From: an uncultured Gammaproteobacteria bacterium
GTDB taxonomy: Bacteria; Patescibacteriota; Microgenomatia; JAMCZE01
Direction: 5' to 3'
DNA length: 64,000 nt
Assembly (NCBI GenBank): GCA_964641255.1
Contig: CAZXMM010000001.1
Location: 79,757 to 143,756, forward strand
Part shown: in pieces, positions 9,343 to 19,310 of the stretch
How the letters are laid out: every line of letters starts with the position of its first letter
Numbering within the stretch: the stretch's first letter is position 1
The notes under the pieces: generated by a model
What the model saw: only the letters and a program-made list of their open reading frames with translations
What the model was told of the DNA's origin: nothing
Database searches by the model: none
Translations under genes and position numbers: made by a program

Positions 9343-11628
9343 ATGGAACCAAAGTACGATCCTAACAGTGTCGAGAGCAAGATCTACCAGATGTGGGAGA
9401 CGGGCGGCTATTTTAAACCCGCTATTAACCCCAAAAAGAAGCCCTTTACAATTGTCCTTCCTCCACCCAATGCCAGCGGCAAAATGCACACCGGTAATGT
9501 TTTGATGATTGCTATTGAAGATCTTTTAGTCCGTTACCACCGAATGAAAGGTGATCCCACCTTGTGGGTACCGGGAACCGACCACGCTGGAACAGAAACG
9601 CAAATTACCTTTGAGCGAGAATTAAAGAAGCAGGGTCACTCTCGTTTTGAATATGACCGAGAAACACTTTACCAAATGATTTGGGATTTCGTAATGCAAA
9701 ACAAAACGCTAATTGAAAGCCAGGTTAGACAAATGGGAGCTAGTGTTGATTGGAGTCGCTATACTTTTACCCTCGATGACAGGGTGGTAAAGACTGTACG
9801 CCAAACCTTTGCCAAGATGGCCGCGGAAAACCTCGTCTACCGCGATGACTACATTGTTAATTACTGCCCGATTTGTGGTACCACTTATGCTGATATCGAA
9901 GTGGAAATGAAAGAGCGAGTGGACTCTCTCTATTATATGAAGTATGGTCCCTTTACAATTGCGACGGTTAGACCAGAAAGTAAATTTAGAGATACCGCCC
10001 TCGCCGTGAATCCTAAAGACAAACGCTACAAGAACTACTTGGGTCAAACGCTGGAAATTATGGGACTGCTTGGACCAATCTCAATGACCGTTATTCCCGA
10101 TCCCGAAGTGGACCCAAAGTTTGGTACCGGCATTATGAAGGTAACCCCCGCTCATGATCCCCACGACTTCGAGCTAGGTAAAAAGTTTAATTTGCCAGTC
10201 ACTCCCATTATCGATCTCCAAGGGAGAATGGATTTTTCCTGGTATCTAAAGACCACCGGACAATCAGCAAAGTACCGAGCTCGGGCCGAAAATTACCACG
10301 GTAAAAAAGTGGTTGAGGCCAGAAAAATCATGGTTGAGGACCTAAAAGCCGACGGCCTGCTCATTAAAGTTGATGAAGCTTATACCCACTCGGTGCCAGT
10401 TTGTAAAGCGGGCCACGACATTGAACCAACTATTTTGCCTAACTGGTTTATCAGGGTTGAGAGCCTGAAAAAACCGGCCACCAAAGCGGTCACCAGGGGG
10501 AAAATAAAGATTTATCCGCCCTGGAGAAAAATTACTTACACTCGGTGGATGGAAAACATGCACGATTGGGCCATTAGTCGACAAAACGTCTGGGGAATTC
10601 GCATTCCGGCCTGGTATGATGTTTCCCAAAACCCCCAGATTACTGTGTCTTTCTTAAGTAAAACCCACGAAGTCGTATCAGGAACCCTTTCAGAACTGCT
10701 AAAAAACTACTCGTTTGAGGAAATTGAATCCGGTCTCCAAAAACTTATGGCACCAAAAGACGCCCGCCATATTATTAGTGAAAATAAACCAGCTGGTCAG
10801 TTTCTTCAATCCACCGATACTTTTGACACCTGGTTTTCATCCGGCCAGTGGCCGCTTGTAACTCTTGGTTACCCTAATTCTCTTGACTTTAAGTATTTCT
10901 ACCCCACTAGTGTTTTGGAGACAGGCTGGGAAATTCTCTCCCGCTGGGTCTCAAGAATGATCATGTTTGGCATCTATTTAACTGGCGATGTGCCCTTTAC
11001 CTCGGTCTATCTTCATGGACTAGTACGAGCTCTGGATGGACGAAAAATGAGTAAGAGTCTGGGGAACGTCATTAATCCTGATGACTACATCAGAGAATTC
11101 GGGGTTGATGCTCTCAGAATGGGACTGATTGCTGGTACCGCTAATGGTAGAGATTTTAATTTTCCTAAAGACAAAATCATTGCTTACCGCAACTTTGCTA
11201 ATAAGCTTTGGAACATTGGTCGTTTTATACTTTTGAGCTTTGAAAATAAAGACGTTCCATTTTATGAACCAGGGATGAGGGGACTCACCGCAAGTGACAA
11301 AGCTATTCTTAAACAGTTAAGTAGTACCATCAAAAAGGTCGGGGTCAGTCTCGAAAAATTTCGTTTCGCTCAAGCCGCAGAAATCATTTATCAATTTACC
11401 TGGCATGAATTTGCCGATAAATATTTAGAGGCTTCCAAAGAGCGGATCAGAAATGGTGACTTCGTTGTTCTATCAATTCTTCGCCATGTTTATCTAAGCT
11501 GTCTTACACTGCTTCATCCCTTTATGCCCTTTGTCACTGAGGAAATCTGGGGTAAGATGCCAACCAAAAGTAAGATCCCCCTAATCATTTCTTCTTGGCC
11601 GAATTTAAAACACTCTTTGGCGACATGA
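9343..11628 (+). CDS. valS: Valine--tRNA ligase (lacks the C-terminal coiled-coil arm)
   Basis: PPPNASGKMHTGN, PGTDHAG, GTGIMKVTPAHDPHD, DWAISRQ..WG.RIP, DTFDTWFSS, KMSKS, LHPFMPFVTEEIW. Confidence 0.96.
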   Translation: MEPKYDPNSVESKIYQMWETGGYFKPAINPKKKPFTIVLPPPNASGKMHTGNVLMIAIEDLLVRYHRMKGDPTLWVPGTDHAGTETQITFERELKKQGHSRFEYDRETLYQMIWDFVMQNKTLIESQVRQMGASVDWSRYTFTLDDRVVKTVRQTFAKMAAENLVYRDDYIVNYCPICGTTYADIEVEMKERVDSLYYMKYGPFTIATVRPESKFRDTALAVNPKDKRYKNYLGQTLEIMGLLGPISMTVIPDPEVDPKFGTGIMKVTPAHDPHDFELGKKFNLPVTPIIDLQGRMDFSWYLKTTGQSAKYRARAENYHGKKVVEARKIMVEDLKADGLLIKVDEAYTHSVPVCKAGHDIEPTILPNWFIRVESLKKPATKAVTRGKIKIYPPWRKITYTRWMENMHDWAISRQNVWGIRIPAWYDVSQNPQITVSFLSKTHEVVSGTLSELLKNYSFEEIESGLQKLMAPKDARHIISENKPAGQFLQSTDTFDTWFSSGQWPLVTLGYPNSLDFKYFYPTSVLETGWEILSRWVSRMIMFGIYLTGDVPFTSVYLHGLVRALDGRKMSKSLGNVINPDDYIREFGVDALRMGLIAGTANGRDFNFPKDKIIAYRNFANKLWNIGRFILLSFENKDVPFYEPGMRGLTASDKAILKQLSSTIKKVGVSLEKFRFAQAAEIIYQFTWHEFADKYLEASKERIRNGDFVVLSILRHVYLSCLTLLHPFMPFVTEEIWGKMPTKSKIPLIISSWPNLKHSLAT

Positions 11629-11842
11629 AACTACACTGATCGAATTTTGGATTTATTCCACGACTCTTTTCGGGCCTTTACTTTATTGATAGCTAGGCAG
11701 AAAAATACGAAAAAAAGGTACATTATGTTTCCAAAACTTGGCAATAAAGGCGACGCTTAGGGGCTATCTCTTGGGTCGCTAGTTTCATGTAGACTAGCTA
11801 CTAAGACTGTTCGCAGCCCAATAAATCTACTACAATAATTGG

Positions 11843-12361
11843 GTGAATCTAGTTAAACTTTTGGCCACACTACGAAATTATCGGCAACTTTTTTTAGTCG
11901 GGTTGACACTAATCAGTGTACTAGTTTTAGTCTTGAATTTTTTGCAACCCTTTTCTTCCTTTGACTATCACCGCCAACAAGTTTTACTAACTCCCCACTC
12001 TCCCTTTGCTCACCTGGCTTTAGCTGAAGACTTTCAAAGCCACAATCAAACCAAACTGGCTAAGCTGGAGCTAGCCTTTATTACTAGCTTACCGCCCAGC
12101 GAGACCGCCCTACTAACCGATAGCCTTCTAAGGCTAAAGCGGCAGACAAAAGATAAAGATGGTTTGATCCAAAAACTTAAATCCCAAAGTTTGGTTTATG
12201 ACCACTATCCAAATTACCGTGACCTAGCCATGCAACATGCGCTCTGGTGGTGGCAACTTAAAAACAACCAGGAGGCGTTCCGTTTTTTTAGGCAAGCCGA
12301 GTCTTTAGATCCCAACAATTCAAGTGTGCAATCTCTGAAGCGGCTAATCACTTCGCAGTAG
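11843..12361 (+). CDS. Membrane-anchored TPR-like protein
   Basis: N-terminal TM; YPNYRD...A...AESLDPNN TPR-type end; TACAAT 6 nt before the GTG start. Confidence 0.65.
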   Translation: MNLVKLLATLRNYRQLFLVGLTLISVLVLVLNFLQPFSSFDYHRQQVLLTPHSPFAHLALAEDFQSHNQTKLAKLELAFITSLPPSETALLTDSLLRLKRQTKDKDGLIQKLKSQSLVYDHYPNYRDLAMQHALWWWQLKNNQEAFRFFRQAESLDPNNSSVQSLKRLITSQ

Positions 12362-12363
12362 TT

Positions 12364-13056
12364 TTAGGTGGCTGACCCAGGAGTATCAGTAGTAGTTTCA
12401 CCTGGAGGAGGAGTCACAGTCGCGCCTTGCCCCTCTGTTACCGCCGCCGCCTCCTCGACTTTAGCCGCCTCTTCCTCTGCTAATTCCTTCTGGGTTTCCT
12501 GTGATACTGCGGAGGCAACTGAAAGAACCACCTCATCGGCTCCAGTTAGAATGGTAACCCCCACAGGCGCCGTTAGGTCACCAACAACAATGCGTTGGTC
12601 AACCATAGTCAGAGAAGAAGTATCGACAACGATCGCTTCTGGAAGGTTAGTGGGCAAAGCCTCCACCTCTATCTCATTTAGGGTTTGCAGAATAATGCCC
12701 ACACTACTAGTTACCGCAGGGGACTCCCCGACCAGCTGAAGAGGAACACTCGCCCGGATTTTTTCAGTTAAGCTAACGACTTGGAATTCAACGTGGAGTG
12801 GTAAACGGGTGGTGGGGTGATACTGAACGTGCTTAATTAAGGTCGGGTGTTTCTCGGTAGCGTAAGATAGCTCTATTAGTCCCGTGGCCCCGGCCCGCTT
12901 ATAAAGCGCCAAAAACTCTGCTAGGGATAAAGACAAAGAACTGGATTTGATTTCCCGACCGTACACACTGGCAGGCAAAAGTCCACTTGCCCGTTCTTTT
13001 TTAACCTTTTTCCCAGTAATAACTCTTATGCTGGCCTTTAGTGGGATCGCTTTCAT
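12364..13056 (-). CDS. rplY: 50S ribosomal protein bL25/Ctc
   Basis: GLLPASVYG, VQYHP...PLHVEF, VPLQLVGESPAV, EVEALP..LPEAI.VD; acidic tail. Confidence 0.95.
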   Translation of the reverse strand: MKAIPLKASIRVITGKKVKKERASGLLPASVYGREIKSSSLSLSLAEFLALYKRAGATGLIELSYATEKHPTLIKHVQYHPTTRLPLHVEFQVVSLTEKIRASVPLQLVGESPAVTSSVGIILQTLNEIEVEALPTNLPEAIVVDTSSLTMVDQRIVVGDLTAPVGVTILTGADEVVLSVASAVSQETQKELAEEEAAKVEEAAAVTEGQGATVTPPPGETTTDTPGSAT

Positions 13057-13064
13057 AAGCTTAG

Positions 13065-15707
13065 TTACTTCCTTAAAAATTCTATTTCTAATATTTGGTC
13101 ACTACCAAGATCTGTATTATAGAGAACTCGCTGCGGGAAGACAAGCGCTCCCGCTACAATCCCAGTGGTGTCTCTCACTTTTCCAGCTCCGGCGATTTTC
13201 TTCCAATTTTGGGGGAACTCGACAGAAATATCGAGTGGGTCGGCACTCGTTCCCCCTTGCTTTAAAATTACCTGCCGGTAGGCGACACTCGCTTGTCTTT
13301 TAGTTATTGGCAGTGTCCACCGGTAAGTAAGTGTAATCTCTCGACTGCTTTTAATCGGAACTAGTACTAGCATGCCTACACTCAGATAAGAGTTGGTAGT
13401 TGATAGCGCTAGCGCCCCACTGGCCTCTACTGAAGTATGAACTAAAAATTTATCGGGTGGTACTTTGGCTAAAACATCTGCTGACAAAGTCGAAGAGATA
13501 GTCGCTGTTTTATCACCACTCATTGTTACCCCCGTTAGACGAGCCTTGGCTGGTAGCAAAAATCGCAGATAATTTTTATAATCGCCCGCTGGCCAGGCAA
13601 GAGATGGTGATTCGTTTTTCAAGTGGACCACGACCTTGGTCTCGGTGTCTCCACCCTCACCAATTGTAGTACTGACCCGCATTGCCCGTTTTACAAAATA
13701 ATTAGCTTTGTTGGCACCAAAATTAGCTTCCACTAGCATTAAACAGTTGGAGATGGCTGTACCACAAGAATGTCTGGTGATACTCCCCGACCAGCTGTTG
13801 GCTTCGACCCGCTCCTGGGCGGTACGATTATTGAAGAACAACATAATATGTTGTTCTCGTAGTCCCCGCTCTAGCGCTTGGGCAACTGCCAGATTGTTGA
13901 CTTTAGGGTCGTGAAGTAGGGTTTGGAGTAAGCTTTGTCCCACTGCTCCCAAATAATCACGTTTTTTGGTGGATCCCGGGAAAAAATTAATTTCTGAGGC
14001 GAACTCGGCTTTTTGAAAAAAATTTTCCGCTGTCACCTGATCGGCAAAATCCACCAGTGGTAGAGGTCCGGTTGCTCTAAGCAAATACTGAACCGCCTGA
14101 AGGTCGATCGCGATTACCCCATCCACCCTTTGTCCTGTTTCTTTTTCTAAAAAAAACTCCAATCGTTTAGCCGTTAGGGGAAAGTCTGGAGAAAAGTTTG
14201 CGTCTCTTAAAAACCAAGAGTTTTGTCCTAAAAAGTGAACAATCTCTGCCGGCGGGACCACTCGACCCTGAAGCTGACCATCGGCAGAATAGACATCATG
14301 GAAAACCAAATCTTTTACCACCCCCTCCTCTATTGTCAAAATAGCAAACGACCCAATAAATCCGCCGGTCGGTCTCAGCTCGGCACTGTTCTGAAAAACG
14401 AGCAAGTAGGTTCGACTTTGTTTAGTGGTCTTGAGATTGCCAGGGGACGAAATGGCTAGTAGTTCTGGTAAAACAGTTAAGATCCGGTCGGCAGAAATTA
14501 ATAATCCCCTAGCTCTAGCAATATCATCTGGGGCCCTAGTGACCAATTGAACCGGAAAACCAAGCCAGCTAAAAATACTACCCAGTGTTTGGATTTCGTT
14601 TGCTTTGAGCAAACCCTGGGCTAGTCCTAGTTCGTGATTAAGAGCCAGTAACTCTGGGTGTAAAGTCGCTACCTGCTGGGGTAACTCCTCCCGGTTATTT
14701 CCCGAAAAGATATCTCGAGCCAAATCAGTTACGTTCTTTTGCAGAATAGCCCCACGCTTAACTACTCCAGCTATCCGACTGCCCGACTCTCCAATCTCTA
14801 CAACTGGAGCTAAAATTGTTTGTCCCCATAGGCTAAGAGCCGAGACTTCCGTAGTGACAAACTTACCCCGAAGAAACACTCGTTCCGCCTCACCAGCTTG
14901 GTATGATGCTTGAAGAAATTCCCCCCGCCCTAAGGCGATCCGAGCCTGCAAAAGATGACTCACCCCACCACCATAAGCTAGCAGCGCCACTAAAAATGGA
15001 AGTACCAGAAAAAACACAGTCATTAGGAGCACCGCCCGCCAGCCAAGAACCAATCTGCGCCTGCCCCAATTGAAGCGATTTGGCTTTTGCTGACTAGCTC
15101 TAACGGACTTTTGACTTTTTTCCAAAGAAGCCATAACACTTTGGGTATTATGTAATCCTCGCAAGCGCAGGAAGGCTTCCCAACTTTCGGCCTGCTGACG
15201 ATTTCCTCCATAATGGTGCCCCGGACCCCCGCGAACCACAATAGTTTGTCTTTTCTTGGTCCACTGACCAAAACTAGCGTTGATACAGTCCTGTAAAAAG
15301 GCTTTGGGGGCGACAAGCACATTTTCGATTTCGCCAGCAAGGACCAGTGTCAAAACCTCGACCCGTTCGCCACTTGCCAACCTTAATAGTCGCTGCTCAA
15401 TTTCACTAGATAGACCGAGGCAGAGAAAAACAACCTTGGTTTTGCTACGCCTCGCTAGTGGCAAAACTTCTTGCCAAATTTTTGCTACCAAAGCGAGGCG
15501 ATCTTTAGGACTAACCAGCAGATAACAATAGTGGGGGGTCTCTAGAGCGTGCCATTTCTCGCTGGAATGCTCTAATAGTAGGGTACGTAACCCAGAAGCT
15601 TTTAGCTGTTCATTAAGATTGTGGGCTAGAACTCCCTGTCCAACAATTACCGCTAGGGGGTGCTTTTCATCGCGCTCAAAACGGATTGTTGGCTGGGCAG
15701 ACTGCAT
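13065..15707 (-). CDS. DUF4012 domain membrane protein
   Basis: YLLVFQNSAELRPTGGFIGS, RDANFSPDFP, VDGVIAID, EANFGANKANY, YKNYLR, KQGG. Confidence 0.85.
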   Translation of the reverse strand: MQSAQPTIRFERDEKHPLAVIVGQGVLAHNLNEQLKASGLRTLLLEHSSEKWHALETPHYCYLLVSPKDRLALVAKIWQEVLPLARRSKTKVVFLCLGLSSEIEQRLLRLASGERVEVLTLVLAGEIENVLVAPKAFLQDCINASFGQWTKKRQTIVVRGGPGHHYGGNRQQAESWEAFLRLRGLHNTQSVMASLEKSQKSVRASQQKPNRFNWGRRRLVLGWRAVLLMTVFFLVLPFLVALLAYGGGVSHLLQARIALGRGEFLQASYQAGEAERVFLRGKFVTTEVSALSLWGQTILAPVVEIGESGSRIAGVVKRGAILQKNVTDLARDIFSGNNREELPQQVATLHPELLALNHELGLAQGLLKANEIQTLGSIFSWLGFPVQLVTRAPDDIARARGLLISADRILTVLPELLAISSPGNLKTTKQSRTYLLVFQNSAELRPTGGFIGSFAILTIEEGVVKDLVFHDVYSADGQLQGRVVPPAEIVHFLGQNSWFLRDANFSPDFPLTAKRLEFFLEKETGQRVDGVIAIDLQAVQYLLRATGPLPLVDFADQVTAENFFQKAEFASEINFFPGSTKKRDYLGAVGQSLLQTLLHDPKVNNLAVAQALERGLREQHIMLFFNNRTAQERVEANSWSGSITRHSCGTAISNCLMLVEANFGANKANYFVKRAMRVSTTIGEGGDTETKVVVHLKNESPSLAWPAGDYKNYLRFLLPAKARLTGVTMSGDKTATISSTLSADVLAKVPPDKFLVHTSVEASGALALSTTNSYLSVGMLVLVPIKSSREITLTYRWTLPITKRQASVAYRQVILKQGGTSADPLDISVEFPQNWKKIAGAGKVRDTTGIVAGALVFPQRVLYNTDLGSDQILEIEFLRK

Positions 15708-15740
15708 TCTTTTATTCTAACACCCACCATACAGACTTTA

Positions 15741-16181
15741 TTACTGGTAACTATCTAGTGTTTCGTTGACTAGTAGATCGGCCCGCTGGTTTTTCCCCCG
15801 TAATACATGGGAAAAAGAGTAGGAAGAAACGCTGCCGCTCACAACCAAGCTCTCAAGTCTGGCTTGTACTTGCCGCACTAGCTCTCGCAGTCGTGGTTCT
15901 TTCACTTTAAACACCCCACTAATTTGGTTAACCACTAGTAGGGAGTCAAGAAAAAACCTCAGGCTCGGTTTTCCTAACAATACCTGGACGGACAGCCAAT
16001 CAAGTGCTTTAATCACCGCGTAATATTCGGCCTCGTTGTTTGTGCCGATGCCTAAATATTTCCCGCATTTATACTGCAAATTTTCCGCGTGGTCGAAGAC
16101 CACAAAAGCGCAGGCCGCCGGGCCGGGATTACCCCTGGCCCCGCCGTCACAGTAGATGGTTAGGCTATTGGTCGTGGTCAT
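15741..16181 (-). CDS. rnhA: Ribonuclease HI family protein
   Basis: YCDGGARGNPGPA, TNNEAEY, DSLLVVNQ, HVLRGKNQRADLLVN. Confidence 0.92.
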   Translation of the reverse strand: MTTTNSLTIYCDGGARGNPGPAACAFVVFDHAENLQYKCGKYLGIGTNNEAEYYAVIKALDWLSVQVLLGKPSLRFFLDSLLVVNQISGVFKVKEPRLRELVRQVQARLESLVVSGSVSSYSFSHVLRGKNQRADLLVNETLDSYQ

Positions 16182-17484
16182 TAAAAACCTGGCCCCTTTT
16201 CGCTATAAACTCCCTAACTAAACTGACAAACTCCTTAGGACTGGGTAGAACGCTGCCCCCAACAAAACGGGAGACAACCGCTAGACTGAGGATAACAATT
16301 ACAGCTTCGGTAGTAAATGTTATTAGCGCGGCCCCAGCGTAAGAATACGAGGGAATCACTAAAAAGTTAAGGCTCACATTAAAAATCAGAGCGATAACCG
16401 CAATCGCGAATGAGTGCCACTGCTTACCTAGGGCGATAATAGTATAGCCATTTAGGTGGTTAAAGTAGGAAACCACTAGGGCCAGGGACAAAATTCGTAG
16501 GGGAGTAACGCTGGGGGCAAACTGACTACCCACCGTAATATAAATCGCTAGGGGAGAGAGCACAAAGTTAACAATTGCCACTCCAATACCCAAAAAGGTC
16601 AACACTACAAATGAACGCTTATAAAAATCTCGGACCCGGTGGGGCTCGGTATGGGCTAGGCGCGACAAGGTGGGCAACACCGCATTAGCAAAATAGGCCG
16701 CCCCCAAAACCAGTACTTCATAAATTCGGTAGGCCGCCCCATAATAACCCACTGCTTCTTGACCCTTATAAAGAGATAGAATCACCGTATCTACGCGATT
16801 ATAAATTGTAAATACAGCGAGGATCCCCCCCATTGGCAAAGCCTCGATAACTAACGCTCTGGTTGTCGAGTGAATTAGACTTGGCTTAAGAGCAATAATT
16901 CGTCGGGCAAGAATAGCAGCGACAGTAGCCGCCACAATGTCGCCAGCTAAAAAGGCGAGAATAATCGCCGGCAAACCAGCTTGCAAAAAAACTAGTGGGA
17001 CGAGAATAATTAGCACCGTGGCGTTAGCACTAATTTCTGAAATTGCAGAGTTATGCAGTTTCAAATGCACCTGGAAAACAATTTGGAAGGATGTTTTCAG
17101 CGATAGAGCGATGAGATAGAGCGAGGCCAGACTGGTGAGGAATTTAATCGGCCCACTGTAGGGGAGAAGGTGGATACTGATAATAGCGGCGGTAGCTGCC
17201 AGAGTGGCTAGCCCCAGTCGGATAACCAGCACGTTACCGATAATTTCCGCGGCTTTACCCAAATTCCGACTCGCCTCGCGAACCGTAATGAGGGTTAACC
17301 CCCAATCACCAACTGCCCCAAAGAGAGTTACAAATACCAGAACAAAGGTGTAGGTGCCCAAACCCTCTGGACCCAGGTACCGTCCCAAAATAGCGGAAAT
17401 GACTATCCCGAGTCCGGTAGTACCCACTTTACCTAGGAGTTGGGCAAGCGTGTTGAGAGCAATCTTGTTTGATAGACTAGCCAT
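16165..17484 (-). CDS. Wzx-type polysaccharide flippase
   Basis: About 12 TMs; RYLGPEGLG, DWGL, YNRVDTVIL, VGYYGAAYRI, NFLVIPSYSYAGAA. Confidence 0.88.
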   Translation of the reverse strand: MASLSNKIALNTLAQLLGKVGTTGLGIVISAILGRYLGPEGLGTYTFVLVFVTLFGAVGDWGLTLITVREASRNLGKAAEIIGNVLVIRLGLATLAATAAIISIHLLPYSGPIKFLTSLASLYLIALSLKTSFQIVFQVHLKLHNSAISEISANATVLIILVPLVFLQAGLPAIILAFLAGDIVAATVAAILARRIIALKPSLIHSTTRALVIEALPMGGILAVFTIYNRVDTVILSLYKGQEAVGYYGAAYRIYEVLVLGAAYFANAVLPTLSRLAHTEPHRVRDFYKRSFVVLTFLGIGVAIVNFVLSPLAIYITVGSQFAPSVTPLRILSLALVVSYFNHLNGYTIIALGKQWHSFAIAVIALIFNVSLNFLVIPSYSYAGAALITFTTEAVIVILSLAVVSRFVGGSVLPSPKEFVSLVREFIAKRGQVFNDHDQ

Positions 17485-18769
17485 GCCCGTATTGTATCTT
17501 TTTGGATTGGCGGTAGGCTAGGCCTAAGACAAGAGCCAAGAGAAGCTGTGCCTGCTGAATGGTTAAAAAATAGTGATCATTTAGACCCAGCACTAGAATT
17601 ACCCCGAGGCTACAAAGAATGGGCACGCGGGTAGGAGAGACCAGTACGGTTTTAACCCCCCAGTGCACCACTATTAAAAACGCCGCCAGCCCCACGAGCC
17701 CTATTTCCGAGACCAGCAAAAAATAAATATTATGCACGGGCTGATAAAAGAGGGCCAGATTAGCAATTTTAGCGGAAGATTGGGCTGTGATAAGAGGAGC
17801 TGTGCCGAGTCCGTGTCCCCATACTGGAGCTGCTACGATTGCCTGGCTACTGGTAGCTAGCAAACTGGCTCGAATGGTCCAGGCCTCGCTATCCTGCAAA
17901 GGGGAAATGGACAAAAGACTAAAAGCCCCCACGGTAAGAAAAAAACCCGGTACTAGCCAAACGAGGTGACGCTTTTTTTGTTTTAGAGCCACAATGGTGA
18001 GTAGTAGACCAACTGTACCTACCAATATGGCAGTACGGGAAAAAGACATACAGAGCGTACCAAAAGCGCAAACAAGAGCAAGAGTGATGATTTTTCCTCG
18101 TGCGGCAATATTGCGGGAATTATGCAAGAATTCGTATAGAAAGAAGGGAAGAAGACACGCAATAAAGCCCCCCAGCACATTAGGGTGGGGGAATAGCCCG
18201 TAAGGACGCAGGATTAAAGCACCACTAGAGAGGGTAGTATTGGCAATGCCGAGAGTGGCAGCGCTAAAAGTTCTCTCACCCAGAAAATACCATAGCCCAC
18301 CCACAGAAGCTTGACGGAAAAACTGTAACATCGTAAGAGTTGATAACACCATGATGGGAATAGCTAAAAGAAACGTAAGTTTTGATAAAGTAAAGAAATC
18401 GGGAAGTCGTTTGGCTACAAAATAACCAAACCACATTAGTTCCCCAGCTTTGATCCACTTATACAAAGACACCATAGGGGAGAGGGAGGTTAAAATATTA
18501 ATGGCGATAAATCCCCCTACTATTAATAGTGGGGTAACAACTCTAGCCTTCCCTAGGTATCGGGGGAAGTACCCCTTACTTCGGATAATTTCTGCAGTCA
18601 CCAGACAAAGAATAAGAGCGTCAGTAACAAAGAGGGTAGGAGCAAAGTAGTCAACCCTAACTCCACCAATGTAAGCCCATTGTGGCCAAAAGTGTAGCCC
18701 TGCTTGAGTGGGGAGAAGAAGGACAAGAGCGACTAAAACGAACGACTCGATTTTTTTAATCCTGTTCAC
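17477..18769 (-). CDS. O-antigen ligase/Wzy family protein
   Basis: RPYGLFPHPNVLGG, SFSRTA, GHGLG, PVHNIYFLLVSEIGLVG. Confidence 0.87.
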   Translation of the reverse strand: MNRIKKIESFVLVALVLLLPTQAGLHFWPQWAYIGGVRVDYFAPTLFVTDALILCLVTAEIIRSKGYFPRYLGKARVVTPLLIVGGFIAINILTSLSPMVSLYKWIKAGELMWFGYFVAKRLPDFFTLSKLTFLLAIPIMVLSTLTMLQFFRQASVGGLWYFLGERTFSAATLGIANTTLSSGALILRPYGLFPHPNVLGGFIACLLPFFLYEFLHNSRNIAARGKIITLALVCAFGTLCMSFSRTAILVGTVGLLLTIVALKQKKRHLVWLVPGFFLTVGAFSLLSISPLQDSEAWTIRASLLATSSQAIVAAPVWGHGLGTAPLITAQSSAKIANLALFYQPVHNIYFLLVSEIGLVGLAAFLIVVHWGVKTVLVSPTRVPILCSLGVILVLGLNDHYFLTIQQAQLLLALVLGLAYRQSKKIQYGHG

Positions 18770-18781
18770 GCCCTAATACTA

Positions 18782-19297
18782 CTACACCGGCTGCACCTTT
18801 GGTTTGACAACCACTCGCCGTTGCCGACCCTCACCCTCTGATTCCGTCATTACGTCACTTCGGGCCTCAAGGGCCAAATGGATAATCCGCCGTTCCACTG
18901 GAGGTAGAAAGGGGAGATAGACCGGCTGACCAGTGGACAGCGCCTGCCGGGCGTAGCCCTCGGCCATAGCCTGCAACTGTTCTTGGCGACGAGCACGATA
19001 GTCGCCCACCTCGACTAGGAGCCTGGCCCACTCGCCAGATTGCCTAAAGACAAGTAGCCCAAGAATCATTTGGAAGGAGGACAGGGTCTCTCCGTGGTAC
19101 CCAATAAGTAGTCCAGATTCATCAGTATGGACCACAACTTGATAGATTCCGTCTTCCGAAAGTTCCACAGTAACAGCGGCAGGGATTTCTAAATTGTGGA
19201 GTAGTTGCTCAGCAGAACTCTTTACGACTTCAGAAATATCTTCTTTAGCCTGAGTGATTGTTTTAGTAGTTTTGGTAGTTTTGGTAGCTTTTGGCAT
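18782..19297 (-). CDS. jag: Jag/EloR (KhpB) KH + R3H RNA-binding protein
   Basis: GLLIGYHGETLSSFQ, ERRIIH, TESEGEG..RRVV; canonical position after yidC. Confidence 0.92.
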   Translation of the reverse strand: MPKATKTTKTTKTITQAKEDISEVVKSSAEQLLHNLEIPAAVTVELSEDGIYQVVVHTDESGLLIGYHGETLSSFQMILGLLVFRQSGEWARLLVEVGDYRARRQEQLQAMAEGYARQALSTGQPVYLPFLPPVERRIIHLALEARSDVMTESEGEGRQRRVVVKPKVQPV

Positions 19298-19310
19298 ACG
19301 CTTTTTGGAT

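Noticed and set aside
19255-19297. 9-bp tandem repeats (GTAGTTTTG-like)
   Set aside because: Encodes a low-complexity KTTKTT N-terminus of Jag; not an array.
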